From the NCBI GenBank assembly GCA_963708075.1, contig OY970194.1:6752001-6816000 (forward strand): a DNA stretch of 64,000 nucleotides. Direction: 5' to 3'. Each line of letters starts with the position of its first letter. The first letter of the stretch is position 1. This document shows, one piece after another, positions 29,510-40,500 of the stretch. The position numbers and the translations under genes were made by a program. This DNA is from Sedimentisphaerales bacterium. Lineage in GTDB: Bacteria; Planctomycetota; Phycisphaerae; Sedimentisphaerales; Anaerobacaceae. The notes beneath the pieces are model-generated. The model did no database searches. It had not been told where the DNA came from and worked only from the letters and a program-made list of their open reading frames with translations.

Positions 29510-29806
29510 ATGGCATCCAAGCAAAACGACTCACCGTCTGCACCCGGCGCTCTGGCCGCCGGCAGGGAAGAGATCGCCAAGGCCCTCGGCAATACCGGCT
29601 TTGTTCACATGGTCGGGCCATCGAGCGAGAACTTCCAGACCTATCTCAGTCGCGAGCCATTTGAAATCGAGGTCGGAGAACTCAAGCCGGGCATGCTGGT
29701 GGAACTGGCAGAGTGGGTAACCAGGGAGTTCTCAGGAGACCCGGATGAAGTCCTGCAGATACAGGCGAACGTTGAACCTGAAAGGGCTGTGGCGCTGCTC
29801 ACCTAG
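29510..29806 (+). CDS. Hypothetical protein (98 aa)
   Basis: RBS AAGGAG before MASKQNDSP; host-like codon usage; no motif recognised. Confidence 0.55.
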   Translation: MASKQNDSPSAPGALAAGREEIAKALGNTGFVHMVGPSSENFQTYLSREPFEIEVGELKPGMLVELAEWVTREFSGDPDEVLQIQANVEPERAVALLT

Positions 29807-30148
29807 CGGCCCGTCCTGGTTGCGGATTGATGATTTCGGATTTCGGATTCGCGCCGCGTCCCAGAGCCACAATTCGCGATTGAGATGCCGGAGCTGACGT
29901 CTCCTATATCCCCAGCAATTTGTGCCGAATGTGCTCTTTCCCGAGGCATGATATACCGGGTCGGCCCACGGTTTTTCTCGTGGGGCGAGCGAGCATCCCC
30001 GCTCGCCTGACGCAGTCACACACACACCGGTGCCACACATGCAGCATTGCAGTTCCAGGCGACATATTGTATCCTGTTGCCGGCGGTGTTTCGCCGTGCA
30101 GGCATCATGCGATGCTGCAAAGCAGCGGGTACTGTAAGGAGGCATGAC

Positions 30149-32134
30149 ATGGCGTCGGGCATCTTCAGAGAGACAATCGTTCCGGTCCTTTTCGTGTGCT
30201 TGGTGGGTAAGATGAGCGTCGCGCAGACAACATGGGAGGTCAAGTCACCGGACGGTCGCGCTGCAATCTCAGTCAAGCTGATCGATCCCGGTCAAGCGGC
30301 GGACTACCCCGCAGGCAAGACACGGCTGTACTACGAAGTCAAGTACGACGGCACGGTCGTGTTGCCGCTGTCACCGCTGGGCATCACTCGCAAAGATCAA
30401 GACTTTGTGGATGCCGTTGGATTCCTAAGGGAGGAAGGACTGCGCAGCAGGTTTGAGGCCTATCCGATGATGCATGGCAAACGGAGGGCTTGTTCCTATG
30501 AAGCCAAGGAACGGACGCTGGTCTTCGGCAGTCCGCGGGGTGGCAACGTCGAATTGATCGTCCGGGCGCAGAACGGTGGCGTGGCCTTTCGCTACCGGTT
30601 CCCTGAGAGCAGCGGTGAAAAGTACGTCGTGACAAGCGAGGCGACCGGATTCCGGCTGCCGGAAGGTGGCAAGGTCTGGGCTCATCCCTATGACAGACCC
30701 AGCAAGTACACGCCGGCATATGAGACGTATTACGTTAACGGGGCGGCCGTGGGCACGCCTTCGAGCAGCGAGGCGGGCTGGGCGTTTCCGGTGCTCTTTT
30801 GCACGGCCGACCGCAGCCGATGGGGCCTGGTGACCGAAGCGGGGTTGGACGAGTCCTATTGCGGGTGCCGGTTGGAGCAGAACGCGCCGCAGGGTGTGTA
30901 CCGGATTCGATTTCCCGAGCCGGGTGATGGTGACGGCACGGGCGAGGTGGAACCCTCGTGGACCTTGCCTTGGGCGACGCCCTGGCGGGTGATCATGCTC
31001 GGTGACTCTCCGGCGGATATCGTCGAATCGACGCTCGTGACGGATGTCAGTCCGCCGTCTGTCGTGAAAGACACGAGTTGGATCAAGCCGGGGCGGGCCT
31101 CCTGGAGCTGGCTGTTCGATCACGACAGCCCGCAGGATTGCACGAAGCTCAAGGCCTGGGTCGATCTGGCGGCCCAGATGGGCTGGGAGTATTCGCTCGT
31201 GGACGCCAACTGGGACCGGATGAAGAACGGCACGATTCACGACCTGATCGCCTACGCCAACGGCAAGGGCGTCGGCCTGCTCCTGTGGTACAACTCCGGC
31301 GGTCCGCACAATCACGTCTCCGAGAAGCCTCGCGGCCTGATGGACAACAGAGAGATTCGCCGTGAGGAATTCGCCACGCTCAAGAAGTGGGGCATCAAGG
31401 GCGTCAAGGTCGATTTCTTCCAGAGCGACAAGCAGAACATCATCCAGTTATACCAGGAGATTCTGAAGGACGCCGCCGATTTCCAGATCATGGTCAACTT
31501 TCACGGCTGCACGCTGCCTCGCGGCTGGTCGCGGACCTATCCGCACCTGATGAGCATGGAGGCCGTCCGCGGTGAGGAGTGTTACAGCTTCGACCGCAAC
31601 TTCACAACCGAGGCCCCGATCCACAACGTGATCACCCCATTCACGCGGAACGCCGTCGGGCCGATGGACTACACGCCCGTGATGTTCCAGGACAACGTAT
31701 ACAAGCATCTGACAAGCTACAGCCACGAGCTGGCTCTGCCCATCATCTTCGAGTCCGGCTGGCTCCACTTCGCCGGCGGCCCCAAGGAGTACCTCGACCT
31801 GCCCGAAGCCCCGAAGGACTTCCTGAAGAGCGTTCCCGTAGCGTGGGATGAAACGCGTCTGCTGATGGGCGAGCCCGGCCAATTCCTCGTCCTGGCCCGC
31901 CGCCACGGCGAGCAGTGGTACATCGGCGGTATCAACGGCGAAAAGGCCGGCCGCGATGTCGATGTCCCGCTATCCTTCCTGGGCCAGAGCCGCTGCACCG
32001 TGACCATAATCCACGACGGCGCCACGCCGCGCACCTTCGCCACCGAGACCGAGGCCGTGATGCCCAACGGCCACCTGGAGATCCGCATGGCCCCCTACGG
32101 CGGCTTCGTCGCTATCCTCACCCCAACGCGGTAG
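30149..32134 (+). CDS. Glycoside hydrolase family 97, secreted
   Basis: RBS AAGGAGG; signal peptide; AFRYRFP, SWIKPGRASWSW, GVKVDFF, NFHG, PRGWSRTYP, EAVRG, GPMDYTP, PVAWDET. Confidence 0.9.
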   Translation: MASGIFRETIVPVLFVCLVGKMSVAQTTWEVKSPDGRAAISVKLIDPGQAADYPAGKTRLYYEVKYDGTVVLPLSPLGITRKDQDFVDAVGFLREEGLRSRFEAYPMMHGKRRACSYEAKERTLVFGSPRGGNVELIVRAQNGGVAFRYRFPESSGEKYVVTSEATGFRLPEGGKVWAHPYDRPSKYTPAYETYYVNGAAVGTPSSSEAGWAFPVLFCTADRSRWGLVTEAGLDESYCGCRLEQNAPQGVYRIRFPEPGDGDGTGEVEPSWTLPWATPWRVIMLGDSPADIVESTLVTDVSPPSVVKDTSWIKPGRASWSWLFDHDSPQDCTKLKAWVDLAAQMGWEYSLVDANWDRMKNGTIHDLIAYANGKGVGLLLWYNSGGPHNHVSEKPRGLMDNREIRREEFATLKKWGIKGVKVDFFQSDKQNIIQLYQEILKDAADFQIMVNFHGCTLPRGWSRTYPHLMSMEAVRGEECYSFDRNFTTEAPIHNVITPFTRNAVGPMDYTPVMFQDNVYKHLTSYSHELALPIIFESGWLHFAGGPKEYLDLPEAPKDFLKSVPVAWDETRLLMGEPGQFLVLARRHGEQWYIGGINGEKAGRDVDVPLSFLGQSRCTVTIIHDGATPRTFATETEAVMPNGHLEIRMAPYGGFVAILTPTR

Positions 32135-32227
32135 GGTGACAATTTGGGAGACCGAGAGAGGAGCCGGAAGACACGTTGAATACGGCTTGGTTGCAGTGGT
32201 CAACTGGGAGCGTGGAAAGGGTTCGAC

Positions 32228-32875
32228 ATGTACAGCCTGATCACAGAGCACATCAATGTCCTCTTTGGGAGGTTTAGACAGGAGTACATAGATGAATATC
32301 GGGAATTGCTGGAGAACCAGATGGAGCGAGTTGGGCGTGCCGAATATCGTGATCGATATGTGAGAGTTTGGGGACTCCAGAGACTTGGCTTCGATGATCG
32401 TCATCGGGACTTGTATTTTGCTCAGATGAGAAGACTACTGAGAAATCCTCCGAACGCCCCGGAAGACTGGTATCCGAGATTGCGTGCCATAGCAGAAGAG
32501 CTTTACGAAATCAACCTGCCTGGTGAAAGGCAGGTGTTAGCCTTCGCTGCGTGCACTAAGCTCGGGCACATGGTTGATCAGAGGCTTCCCATCTACGACT
32601 CGAAGATAGCTGCATTCTACCTGTGGCAGCCCCCCGCGCCGCCGAAGCCTTTTGATGTGCGCATTGAACACTATCTGGAGTTCTATAGAGGTCTTTGGCG
32701 CGAGCAGAGGAGAATCTTGAGAGATGGCGTGTTGCGTCAAGCCATCAATCAGTTCAAGCGCAGGTTTGATGCTCACGGCTGCACGGATGAGAAGATCATC
32801 GACTTCTTGATCTGGCACTGGGTAGGCCAATGTCAAAGCAATGGGCTTGCTGGTGGGCAAATGCGGTATCATTGA
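32228..32875 (+). CDS. Hypothetical protein (215 aa), atypical composition
   Basis: Long ORF of lower GC; motif TKLGHMVDQRLPIYDSKI ... EKIIDFLIW. Confidence 0.6.
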   Translation: MYSLITEHINVLFGRFRQEYIDEYRELLENQMERVGRAEYRDRYVRVWGLQRLGFDDRHRDLYFAQMRRLLRNPPNAPEDWYPRLRAIAEELYEINLPGERQVLAFAACTKLGHMVDQRLPIYDSKIAAFYLWQPPAPPKPFDVRIEHYLEFYRGLWREQRRILRDGVLRQAINQFKRRFDAHGCTDEKIIDFLIWHWVGQCQSNGLAGGQMRYH

Positions 32876-32974
32876 GGCGAGAAGACCCCCGCGAGAGTGA
32901 CGATAGTTCACACGCCAGTCCGGGATTCCGCAGAGAGCGATGGGAGACTCCGGAGAGACGGCCAGAGCGTCCAA

Positions 32975-33142
32975 TCACACCGTTCGCTTCTTCTTGGTGC
33001 GAGCGAATGAAACGACCTTTTTGCTCTTCGTCTTCTGGCGTCTGCGGGCGTCGGCAATGATGGTGCGCAAGTCGTAGCCGAACTCTTCCACGATCTCCTT
33101 GTGATGGTGTTGAATCTCGTCGATGATCGGGTCTTTAGTCAT
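32975..33142 (-). CDS. 55-aa small basic protein of the type found downstream of PIN/VapC toxins
   Basis: Manual translation MTKDPIIDEIQHHHKEIVEEFGYDLRTIIADARRRQKTKSKKVVSFARTKKKRTV; RBS GGAGG. Confidence 0.6.
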   Translation of the reverse strand: MTKDPIIDEIQHHHKEIVEEFGYDLRTIIADARRRQKTKSKKVVSFARTKKKRTV

Positions 33143-34599
33143 GAAGACCTCCCATCAATTCCTCCGACGTGCAGATCACCGCGTGTAGTCTCTCCCTGGG
33201 CAGTGAGCCACTCTTGCAGTTGCTGGCGCATTCTGCGGAGGATTGGCTCCATCTCAGGTTTTGCGGCGAGGTTGGTCAGCTCGTAAGGGTCGGACTGAGT
33301 GTCGTATAGTTCCTCCTGAGGGTGGTGCTCGTTCAAATTGACGATTCGGGCGGCGTGGGGGTCGGCCTTGGCCTTCTCGACCCATGTGTCCCAGACCTCC
33401 TTGTGGCTCTCGGGGATGCCGGGGACTTTCGTCCAGTGCGTCGTCCAGGTGGATTCGGGGGTCAGGTTCAGGATGTACTTGTATCGCGTGTCCCGGACGC
33501 ATCGCTGGGGGAAGACGTTCATGTCGCCGTCACGTGTGTGGCTGGCGTAGATGGTGTCGCGGAAGGTATTCTCCTTGCCCGCCAGGACGGGCCGGAAGCT
33601 CTTTCCGTCGAGGTTCTCGGGCTGCTCGCCGGCGGCGATGTCGATGAAGGTCGGCGTGACATCCACGAACGAGATCAGGGCGTCGCAGTGCGTTCCGGGC
33701 TTGGTCACGCCAGGCCAGACGGCGAGGAAGGGCACGCGGAGGCCGGCGTCGTAGAGCGTCCATTTCGAGTGCGGCCACTCCGAGCCTTGATCCGTCGTGT
33801 AGAGGAACAGCGTGTTCTCCTCGAAGCCATGCCTCTTCAGGGCCGTCCGGACCTCGCCGACGCGTTTGTCCAGCGTCGCGATATCCTGATAGTAATTCGC
33901 CAGAGCCCGGCGGGTCAGGTCGGTATCGACGAACCACGGCGGCAGCTTCAGCCTGGCGGGGTCAAAATCCTTGTTTCGCTCCCAGACGACGTGCGGACCG
34001 CTGTCCGCCACGATCAGGCACAGAGGCGTATCCGGTTTCGTTTTGACATGCTCTGCGAGAAGGCCGTCGATGGCCTTCGTGTCCAGGCCCTCCATGCGGT
34101 ACGTCCGGCGATTGGCGGGATTCTTCGGCAGTTGGGCGGGGATGTGCTCGAAGCTGAAGACTTCCTTTGGGATCGTGTGGGCCTTGTGTGCGAGCACGAT
34201 GCGGTAGCCGAGCCGTCGCAGGTAGGTCGGCAACGCTGTGATGTCCGACCGGCAGGTCGTGTGATTGCCCATGCATCCGTTGCGGGCCGGGTACAGCCCC
34301 GTGTACAGTGCGGATCGCGACGGTGCGCAGGTCGGCGAGGCCGCGAACATGCGAGTGAACCTCGTCCCTTCCTTCGCCAGAGCGTCGATATTGGGCGTCC
34401 TGACATCCGCGTTCCCGTAGCAGCCGACGAAATCGATGCCGTGATCGTCGGAAATGTACATCACGATATTGGGTTGCCTTCGGGTCCTGGTTTGTGCCGG
34501 CAATGGCGTGTGACCCGAGAGAAGCCCGGCTGCCACCGCCGACCATTTGAGGAAGTCCCTGCGATTGACGGAACGAAAGGCATCAGGTTCGCTCTTCAC
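33139..34599 (-). CDS. Tat-exported sulfatase (FGly-dependent, S1)
   Basis: NRRDFLK Tat motif; PNIVMYISDD, TPNID, CAPSRSALYTGLYP, TTDQG, SFVDVTPT, EELYD...DPYE..NLA. Confidence 0.9.
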   Translation of the reverse strand: MKSEPDAFRSVNRRDFLKWSAVAAGLLSGHTPLPAQTRTRRQPNIVMYISDDHGIDFVGCYGNADVRTPNIDALAKEGTRFTRMFAASPTCAPSRSALYTGLYPARNGCMGNHTTCRSDITALPTYLRRLGYRIVLAHKAHTIPKEVFSFEHIPAQLPKNPANRRTYRMEGLDTKAIDGLLAEHVKTKPDTPLCLIVADSGPHVVWERNKDFDPARLKLPPWFVDTDLTRRALANYYQDIATLDKRVGEVRTALKRHGFEENTLFLYTTDQGSEWPHSKWTLYDAGLRVPFLAVWPGVTKPGTHCDALISFVDVTPTFIDIAAGEQPENLDGKSFRPVLAGKENTFRDTIYASHTRDGDMNVFPQRCVRDTRYKYILNLTPESTWTTHWTKVPGIPESHKEVWDTWVEKAKADPHAARIVNLNEHHPQEELYDTQSDPYELTNLAAKPEMEPILRRMRQQLQEWLTAQGETTRGDLHVGGIDGRSS

Positions 34600-34840
34600 A
34601 ATCTTCTCCTGATCTGCAACGCCATCATGCTCGACCTTTGAGCAGACAGTAAACCGGGGCATACGATAATGCAAATGGAAACCGAAGGTCCTCCGGACGT
34701 CCGTGGCGCCTTCGCAAAATGGCGAGAGAAAGACGTAATTGAGGAAGGCCTGAGCACTGGCGGCGAGGTAGAATGGGCCGGACCGGCTCAGGGATGAGTC
34801 GAGCCGGATGATTGGGTCGGGACTTTTGGAGAGAAAGACG

Positions 34841-37282
34841 ATGGCAAGTTCTGGAGAGATGACCAGAAGCATGCGGTTGTGGAGAGTTGTCGTAGGCGTC
34901 GGCTGGATTGCGGCCGTGATGCCGACGGCTGCGTGGGGCACGGTGCCTTTGGAGAAGGATTCGAAGGTCGCAGTTGCGTCGAAGGTTTCCCTCAAGGCGT
35001 ATGCATTCGACTTGGAGGACGTGCGGCTGCTCGATGGGCCGTTCAAGGCGGCGATGGAACGGGACGCCGCTTACTTGCTGACGCTGGAGCCGGACCGGTT
35101 GTTGCATCGGTTTCGGCTGTATGCGGGGCTGGAGCCTCGTGCACCGATCTACGGTGGCTGGGAGACCATGGGTGTCTCCGGGCACTCGCTCGGACACTAC
35201 CTGTCGGCCTGTGCGATGATGTATGCCTCGACGGGGGACGAGCGGTTTTGCGAGCGGGTCAAGTACACCGTGGATGAATTGGAGGCTTGTCAGAACGCCA
35301 ACGGCAATGGATATGTAGGTGGCATACAGGACGGCAAGCGGGTCTTCGCCGAGGTGGCGGCGGGGGACATTCGCTCCCAGGGCTTCGATCTCAACGGCCT
35401 GTGGGTTCCCTGGTATACGGAGCACAAGCTCTTTGCGGGGCTGCTCGATGCATACCGATATTGCCGCAACGACAAGGCGCTGTCGGTGGCCCGCAAGCTG
35501 GGCGACTGGGTTGGGGACGTTGTCGGCAAGCTCAATGAGGAGCAGGTCCAGAAGATGCTGGCCTGTGAGCACGGTGGTATGAATGAGGTGCTGGTGGAAC
35601 TGTACGCGATCACGGGCGAGGAGAAGTACTTGAAGCTGTCCCGGCGGTTCCATCACAAAGCGGTGCTCGATCCGCTCGCGGACAGGCAGGATCGTCTGCC
35701 CGGGCTGCATGGCAATACTCAAATCCCCAAGGTTATCGGTGTCGCGCGTCGCTACGAGGTTACGGCCGACGCAACGGACCGTACTATTGCCGAGTTCTTC
35801 TGGGATCGGGTCGTGCACCATCATTCCTATGTCATCGGCGGCCACGGCGAGCACGAACATTTCGGCCCGGCGGATAAGCTCAGTGATCGTCTGTCCTCCG
35901 AGACCTGTGAGACCTGCAACACGTACAACATGCTGAAGCTGACCCGGCACCTCTTTGCCTGGCGCGCGACAGCCGAGTACGCCGATTACTACGAGCGGGC
36001 CCTCTACAATCACATCCTGGCCTCGCAGGACCCCAATACCGGCATGATGTGTTACTTCGTGCCGCTCAAGGCGGGCGAGTACAAACGCTACTCCAATCCG
36101 TTCGACAACTTCACCTGCTGTCACGGCACGGGCATGGAGAACCACGCCAAGTACGGCGACAGCATCTACTTCCACGACGACACGGGCCTGTTTGTCAATC
36201 TCTTCATCCCGTCCGAGCTGAACTGGAAGGCCAAGGGCCTCAAGGTTAGGCAGGAGACGAAGTTCCCCGTCGAGGATACGACGACGTTGACAGTCTCGTG
36301 CGACAAGCCGGTCAAGCTGGCGATTCGAATTCGCTGTCCGGGGTGGGCGACGCAGCCGCTGCAAGTGAAGCTCAACGGAAAGGCCATGAAATCCAAGGTG
36401 GAGCAGGGCGGTTACGCCGTACTGAACAGGAGATGGAAGAGTGGGGACAAGATCGAGGTCCGGATCCCGATGGGACTTCGACTGGAATCGATGCCGGACA
36501 ATCCGAAGCGGGCAGCTATCCTCTATGGCCCGGTTGTTCTGGCGGGCGATCTCGGACCCGTCGAGAAGGCAGCCTCGGACTCTGTGGTCGTGGATGAGTA
36601 CAGCTTGACGGTGCTGGTCACGGGGGATAAGCCGCTGCAGGATTGGCTGGTGCGAATGGAGGACCGGCCGCTGGGCTTCGAGACGTATAACGTGGGTCGC
36701 CCGCGTGACGTGGAGCTGATCCCATTCTACGAGGTGCACCACCGCCGTTACGGCGTGTACTGGGATTTCCTCACCGTCGAGCAATGGGAGAAACGCTACG
36801 CCGATTCTCTCGTGGAATTGAAGCGGCTTCGCGAATTGAAGGCCCGAACGATCGACCTCCTGCGGATCGGCGAGATGCAGCCGGAGCGGGACCACAACGT
36901 CGCCGGCGAGAAGACAGGGGCCGGCGAGTTCAACGGCCGCAAATTCCGCCACGCCACCGACGGCGGCTGGTTCTCCTTCGAGATGGCAGTCCTGCCGGAG
37001 GAGCCCGCGGAACTGCTCTGCACTTTCTGGGGCAGCGAGCAGGGGCCGCGAACGTTCGATATCCTTATCGACGGCACGAAGATCGCCGAGCAGTCGCTGA
37101 GCAACGATCGCCCCGGTGAATTCGTCGACGTCGCGTACCCGATTCCAGCCGACCTGACCAGGGGGAAGCAGAAGGTGACTGTGAAGCTGCAGGCCCGTCC
37201 CGGCAATTTCGCCGGCGGCCTCTTCGGCTGTCGCACGACGAAGAGAACCGCAACGCAGGGTCCTGCACCCGCCCCCAAGTAG
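34841..37282 (+). CDS. GH127 beta-L-arabinofuranosidase-like, secreted
   Basis: LEPDRLLHRF, GHSLGHYLSA, VPWYTEHK, EHGGMNE, HGNTQIPK, ETCNTYNMLK, DYYERALYNHIL, TCCHGTGMENHAK. Confidence 0.9.
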   Translation: MASSGEMTRSMRLWRVVVGVGWIAAVMPTAAWGTVPLEKDSKVAVASKVSLKAYAFDLEDVRLLDGPFKAAMERDAAYLLTLEPDRLLHRFRLYAGLEPRAPIYGGWETMGVSGHSLGHYLSACAMMYASTGDERFCERVKYTVDELEACQNANGNGYVGGIQDGKRVFAEVAAGDIRSQGFDLNGLWVPWYTEHKLFAGLLDAYRYCRNDKALSVARKLGDWVGDVVGKLNEEQVQKMLACEHGGMNEVLVELYAITGEEKYLKLSRRFHHKAVLDPLADRQDRLPGLHGNTQIPKVIGVARRYEVTADATDRTIAEFFWDRVVHHHSYVIGGHGEHEHFGPADKLSDRLSSETCETCNTYNMLKLTRHLFAWRATAEYADYYERALYNHILASQDPNTGMMCYFVPLKAGEYKRYSNPFDNFTCCHGTGMENHAKYGDSIYFHDDTGLFVNLFIPSELNWKAKGLKVRQETKFPVEDTTTLTVSCDKPVKLAIRIRCPGWATQPLQVKLNGKAMKSKVEQGGYAVLNRRWKSGDKIEVRIPMGLRLESMPDNPKRAAILYGPVVLAGDLGPVEKAASDSVVVDEYSLTVLVTGDKPLQDWLVRMEDRPLGFETYNVGRPRDVELIPFYEVHHRRYGVYWDFLTVEQWEKRYADSLVELKRLRELKARTIDLLRIGEMQPERDHNVAGEKTGAGEFNGRKFRHATDGGWFSFEMAVLPEEPAELLCTFWGSEQGPRTFDILIDGTKIAEQSLSNDRPGEFVDVAYPIPADLTRGKQKVTVKLQARPGNFAGGLFGCRTTKRTATQGPAPAPK

Positions 37283-37312
37283 TAGTCCGACCATGCTAAT
37301 CTTGTGGATGTC

Positions 37313-37406
37313 GGGTGGCAGCGGCAAGCGGAGTCTTCGGAGCTTGCCGATGGCGTGCGGGCGTAAACACGAGCCATCGGCAAGCTGGCGCTTGCCGCTG
37401 CCACCC
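37313..37406. repeat. Inverted pair of REP-like palindromes between convergent genes (copy at 59966-59998)
   Basis: GGGTGGCAGCGGCAAGC...GCTTGCCGATGG ... CCATCGGCAAGC...GCTTGCCGCTGCCACCC. Confidence 0.75.
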
Positions 37407-37598
37407 ATTGTAACCGACATTCATTTTAGAGCGGGCCGAGTAGTAGAGTGAGCTTGAGCCCATGCGGTTGCTTCCACGGCGATGAATTGACGCATGGAAA
37501 CAGCGAGGCCCATGCTTTGATGGGCACGGGCCTCGGTTCTCTACATAGCTTCCACCAGAGACACGAGATTCTGCGTCTCTACAACTGCCTGACAATCA

Positions 37599-40500
37599 TC
37601 ACGGCTTGATCACCTGGATGTCGTCGATGTACAGCTTGCCTGTGCCGTCGACGCTTGGGGCCTTGCGGTCACCCACGCCGATGTACATCTTCTTGATCGT
37701 CCTGGCGTTCACGCCTGTGAATTGGCTCAGCGGGATTTTCCACTGCGTCCACTCCGAGGTGACGGTCGCGTTCGCATCCGGGTTGTTCACGACGACCAGT
37801 TTGCCGCCGTTGTCCTGCAGGGCCACGTAGAAGGTCCCCGGATCGTTGCCCGGATGATCGACGCCGATGTCCGCCACCTGCCATGTGCCGGTGACGCTGC
37901 CGGTGGTACTGACATCCGAGAACTCGGCGATCGTGATTGCGCCGGCGTTCTGAGCCGTCAGGCACAGACCGATGTACACGCTGTTGTTCATCGTAATGTC
38001 GTGCTGCGACCGGGTCGCGTCGGTGCCGACGATGGACCAGGTCTTGCCGTCGGCGGAGTGTTCGGCCTTGAACGTGTTGCCCGTGCGGGTGATTCTCGCC
38101 CAGTACGGAGCTATCAGCCCGGCCTGATTGACCTGGTCGCTGGCGTCGCCCGTGAAGACTCGCCATGGGAAGGATACTCCGTTGCCCGGCGTCAGGACCG
38201 TAGTGGCATGCGGCGATTCAGCCGTCAGCGAGTCACGGATCATCACGCCGGCCTTGGTCCAACTGCTCGTCATCAGTATGCTGTTGACCTTGACAGTCAT
38301 GGAGCCATCGCCGGTGAGCCGCTTGAAGGCGAAGCGGAACTGGTCGGCGTTGTTCCAGATGTCGTTGCCGGAGGCGCTCATGGTGATCACGGAGCCGTTA
38401 TCCGCGAAGGCGATTGGATTGCCCCGGAACCACAGGCTCAGATCGGTCACGCCGTTCAGCGTCCAGTCCTGCGGAGCCTCCCAGGTCCGCACGATCTCCG
38501 AGTAGTACGGAGTAATGACGTTGTTGTATTCCACGGGCATCGACTGCCTGCCGCCATGAACGATGCTGGTTTCCATGATATCGCCCAGCGTGGGATCGTA
38601 GCCGACCATGGCCCCCGTGGTGTTGCCCGGATCGCCGGTCGGGAAGAAGTCATCGGGGGAGAAGCCCCAGCCGTCGATCCAGGTCTGGAAGACGCGGAAT
38701 GGCGAGCTATTGGTATAGCCCTCGAACTCATCCACGATGAGATAGTCCGGGACGGTGAATCCCCAGACGCTGCCTTTGTGGACGGTCGTCCCGTCGGCCT
38801 CGACCTCATCGATGCGCCAGAAGTACTGTCCGCCGCCGAAGGCGACCAGCCCCGCGGAGGCGAAGCTGGTGCCGGCCTGCCGGCCTTTGTACTCGGGCGA
38901 GCTCGCGCTAGCTGCCTTCACAGCGGCTTTGTCGGTGCCGAGGTACACGTCGTGCTGCGCGGCTGTTTCTCCCGCCGACCAGCTCAGCATGGCGGCATCG
39001 CGAATGTCGACATTGGCGCCCACCACCGGCTGCGGATTCCAGGCCAGCAGCGGGTCGCCCCGCATCGCCTGTTTGACTTCCTCCGGCGTCAGCGCCTTGT
39101 TGAAGATGCGGACGTCGTCCACGGCGCCGTCCCAGAACTCCACTATGTCGTTGACCTGCCGCCCGATGTGAGCGCGGCTCGGGACGAGACTCCAGTTCTT
39201 CGGGGCCGAGGCCACCTCGATGCCATCGGCATACAACCGGGCGGTGGTTCCATCATAGGTCACGCAGATATGGTGCCAGACATCCGTCTCCCAGAAATTG
39301 GCTTTGAATATGTCAGCCCCAGCCCCATAGCCGCCGCCGTACAGATCCGTTCCATTGATGCCGATGAACAAGGCCGTGCCCACGCCCGGCGAGCCATAGC
39401 TGGCGATCCACCGCCAGCCGGGGGCGATGCTGTCGGTCCTGGCCCAGCCGCACATGCTGCGGGGCGAGGTCCCGGAGGCCCAGGTCTGCGGATTGCCGAG
39501 GTCCACGTAGTCATCGTTGCCATCAAGCTCCAGCGCGTCCCCGTAGCAGCCCTCGACCCATGTGGGGCCGCCTCTGAGCTCGCCATAGATATCCCAGCCG
39601 GAGTAGTCTACCGCCGTGCCGGACTTCTCATCGTCCAGCTTCCACCAGCCGACCAGGTTGGGATCGACCTTTACAGGCACAGGCCGGATGGTGAAGCCCC
39701 AGACCTCGCCTGTCACTCTGCTGCCGCTCACCACTTCATCCACACGCCAGTAGTACGTGGCGCCGCGAGTCAGGGTGCCGGGTTCGTACGAGAACGTTGG
39801 CTGGTCTGTCGCCTTCTTCGTGTCCCCTGTGCCCGCCTCAACGGCTGCACGATCCGTGCCGAAGTACACGTCGTGTCCAAATGCGTTCAAGCCCGGCGAC
39901 CACTCGAGCACTGTGTTTGGATCGATGTAACCAGCGCCATCGGCGGGCTTGGGCGCCCAGGCCTTCTCGGGAGTCATGAAGAAGCTCCATACGTCGCCTT
40001 TGTGCACGGTGCCAGTGGCCTCGATCGCATCCACTCGCCAGTAGTACCTCTGTCCCGGCACCATGGGATCCTTAGGGAGGCAAAACTTGAACATAGCCGA
40101 CTGGTGGGCCACGAGGAGATTCGCTTCCGTCAGGTCGGGCGTCGTGCCGAGGTACACATCCTCGAAGAGGGCTGTTTCGCCGGGCGTCCACATGAAGTAC
40201 CCGACGAACGTGCCTGCCGAGTTATTGGCCGGATTAGGATCGCGTGCTTTCACTTTCGGCGGGACGAGAGCTTTTACCTCGGCAGCCTTGAGCGCGTGGT
40301 CGTAGAGGCGCACGTCATCGATAGCGCCGTTCCAAAACTCGGCATAGTTGTTCACCTGCCGGCCGATATGGGCCCGGCCCAGGACCAGATTCCAATTCTT
40401 TCCCATGCTTGCGGCTTCGCGGCCGTTGACGTAGGCTTTGGCGATCGATCCATCATAGGTCACGGCCACGTGGACCCATTCGCCCACTTGCCAGGCATTG

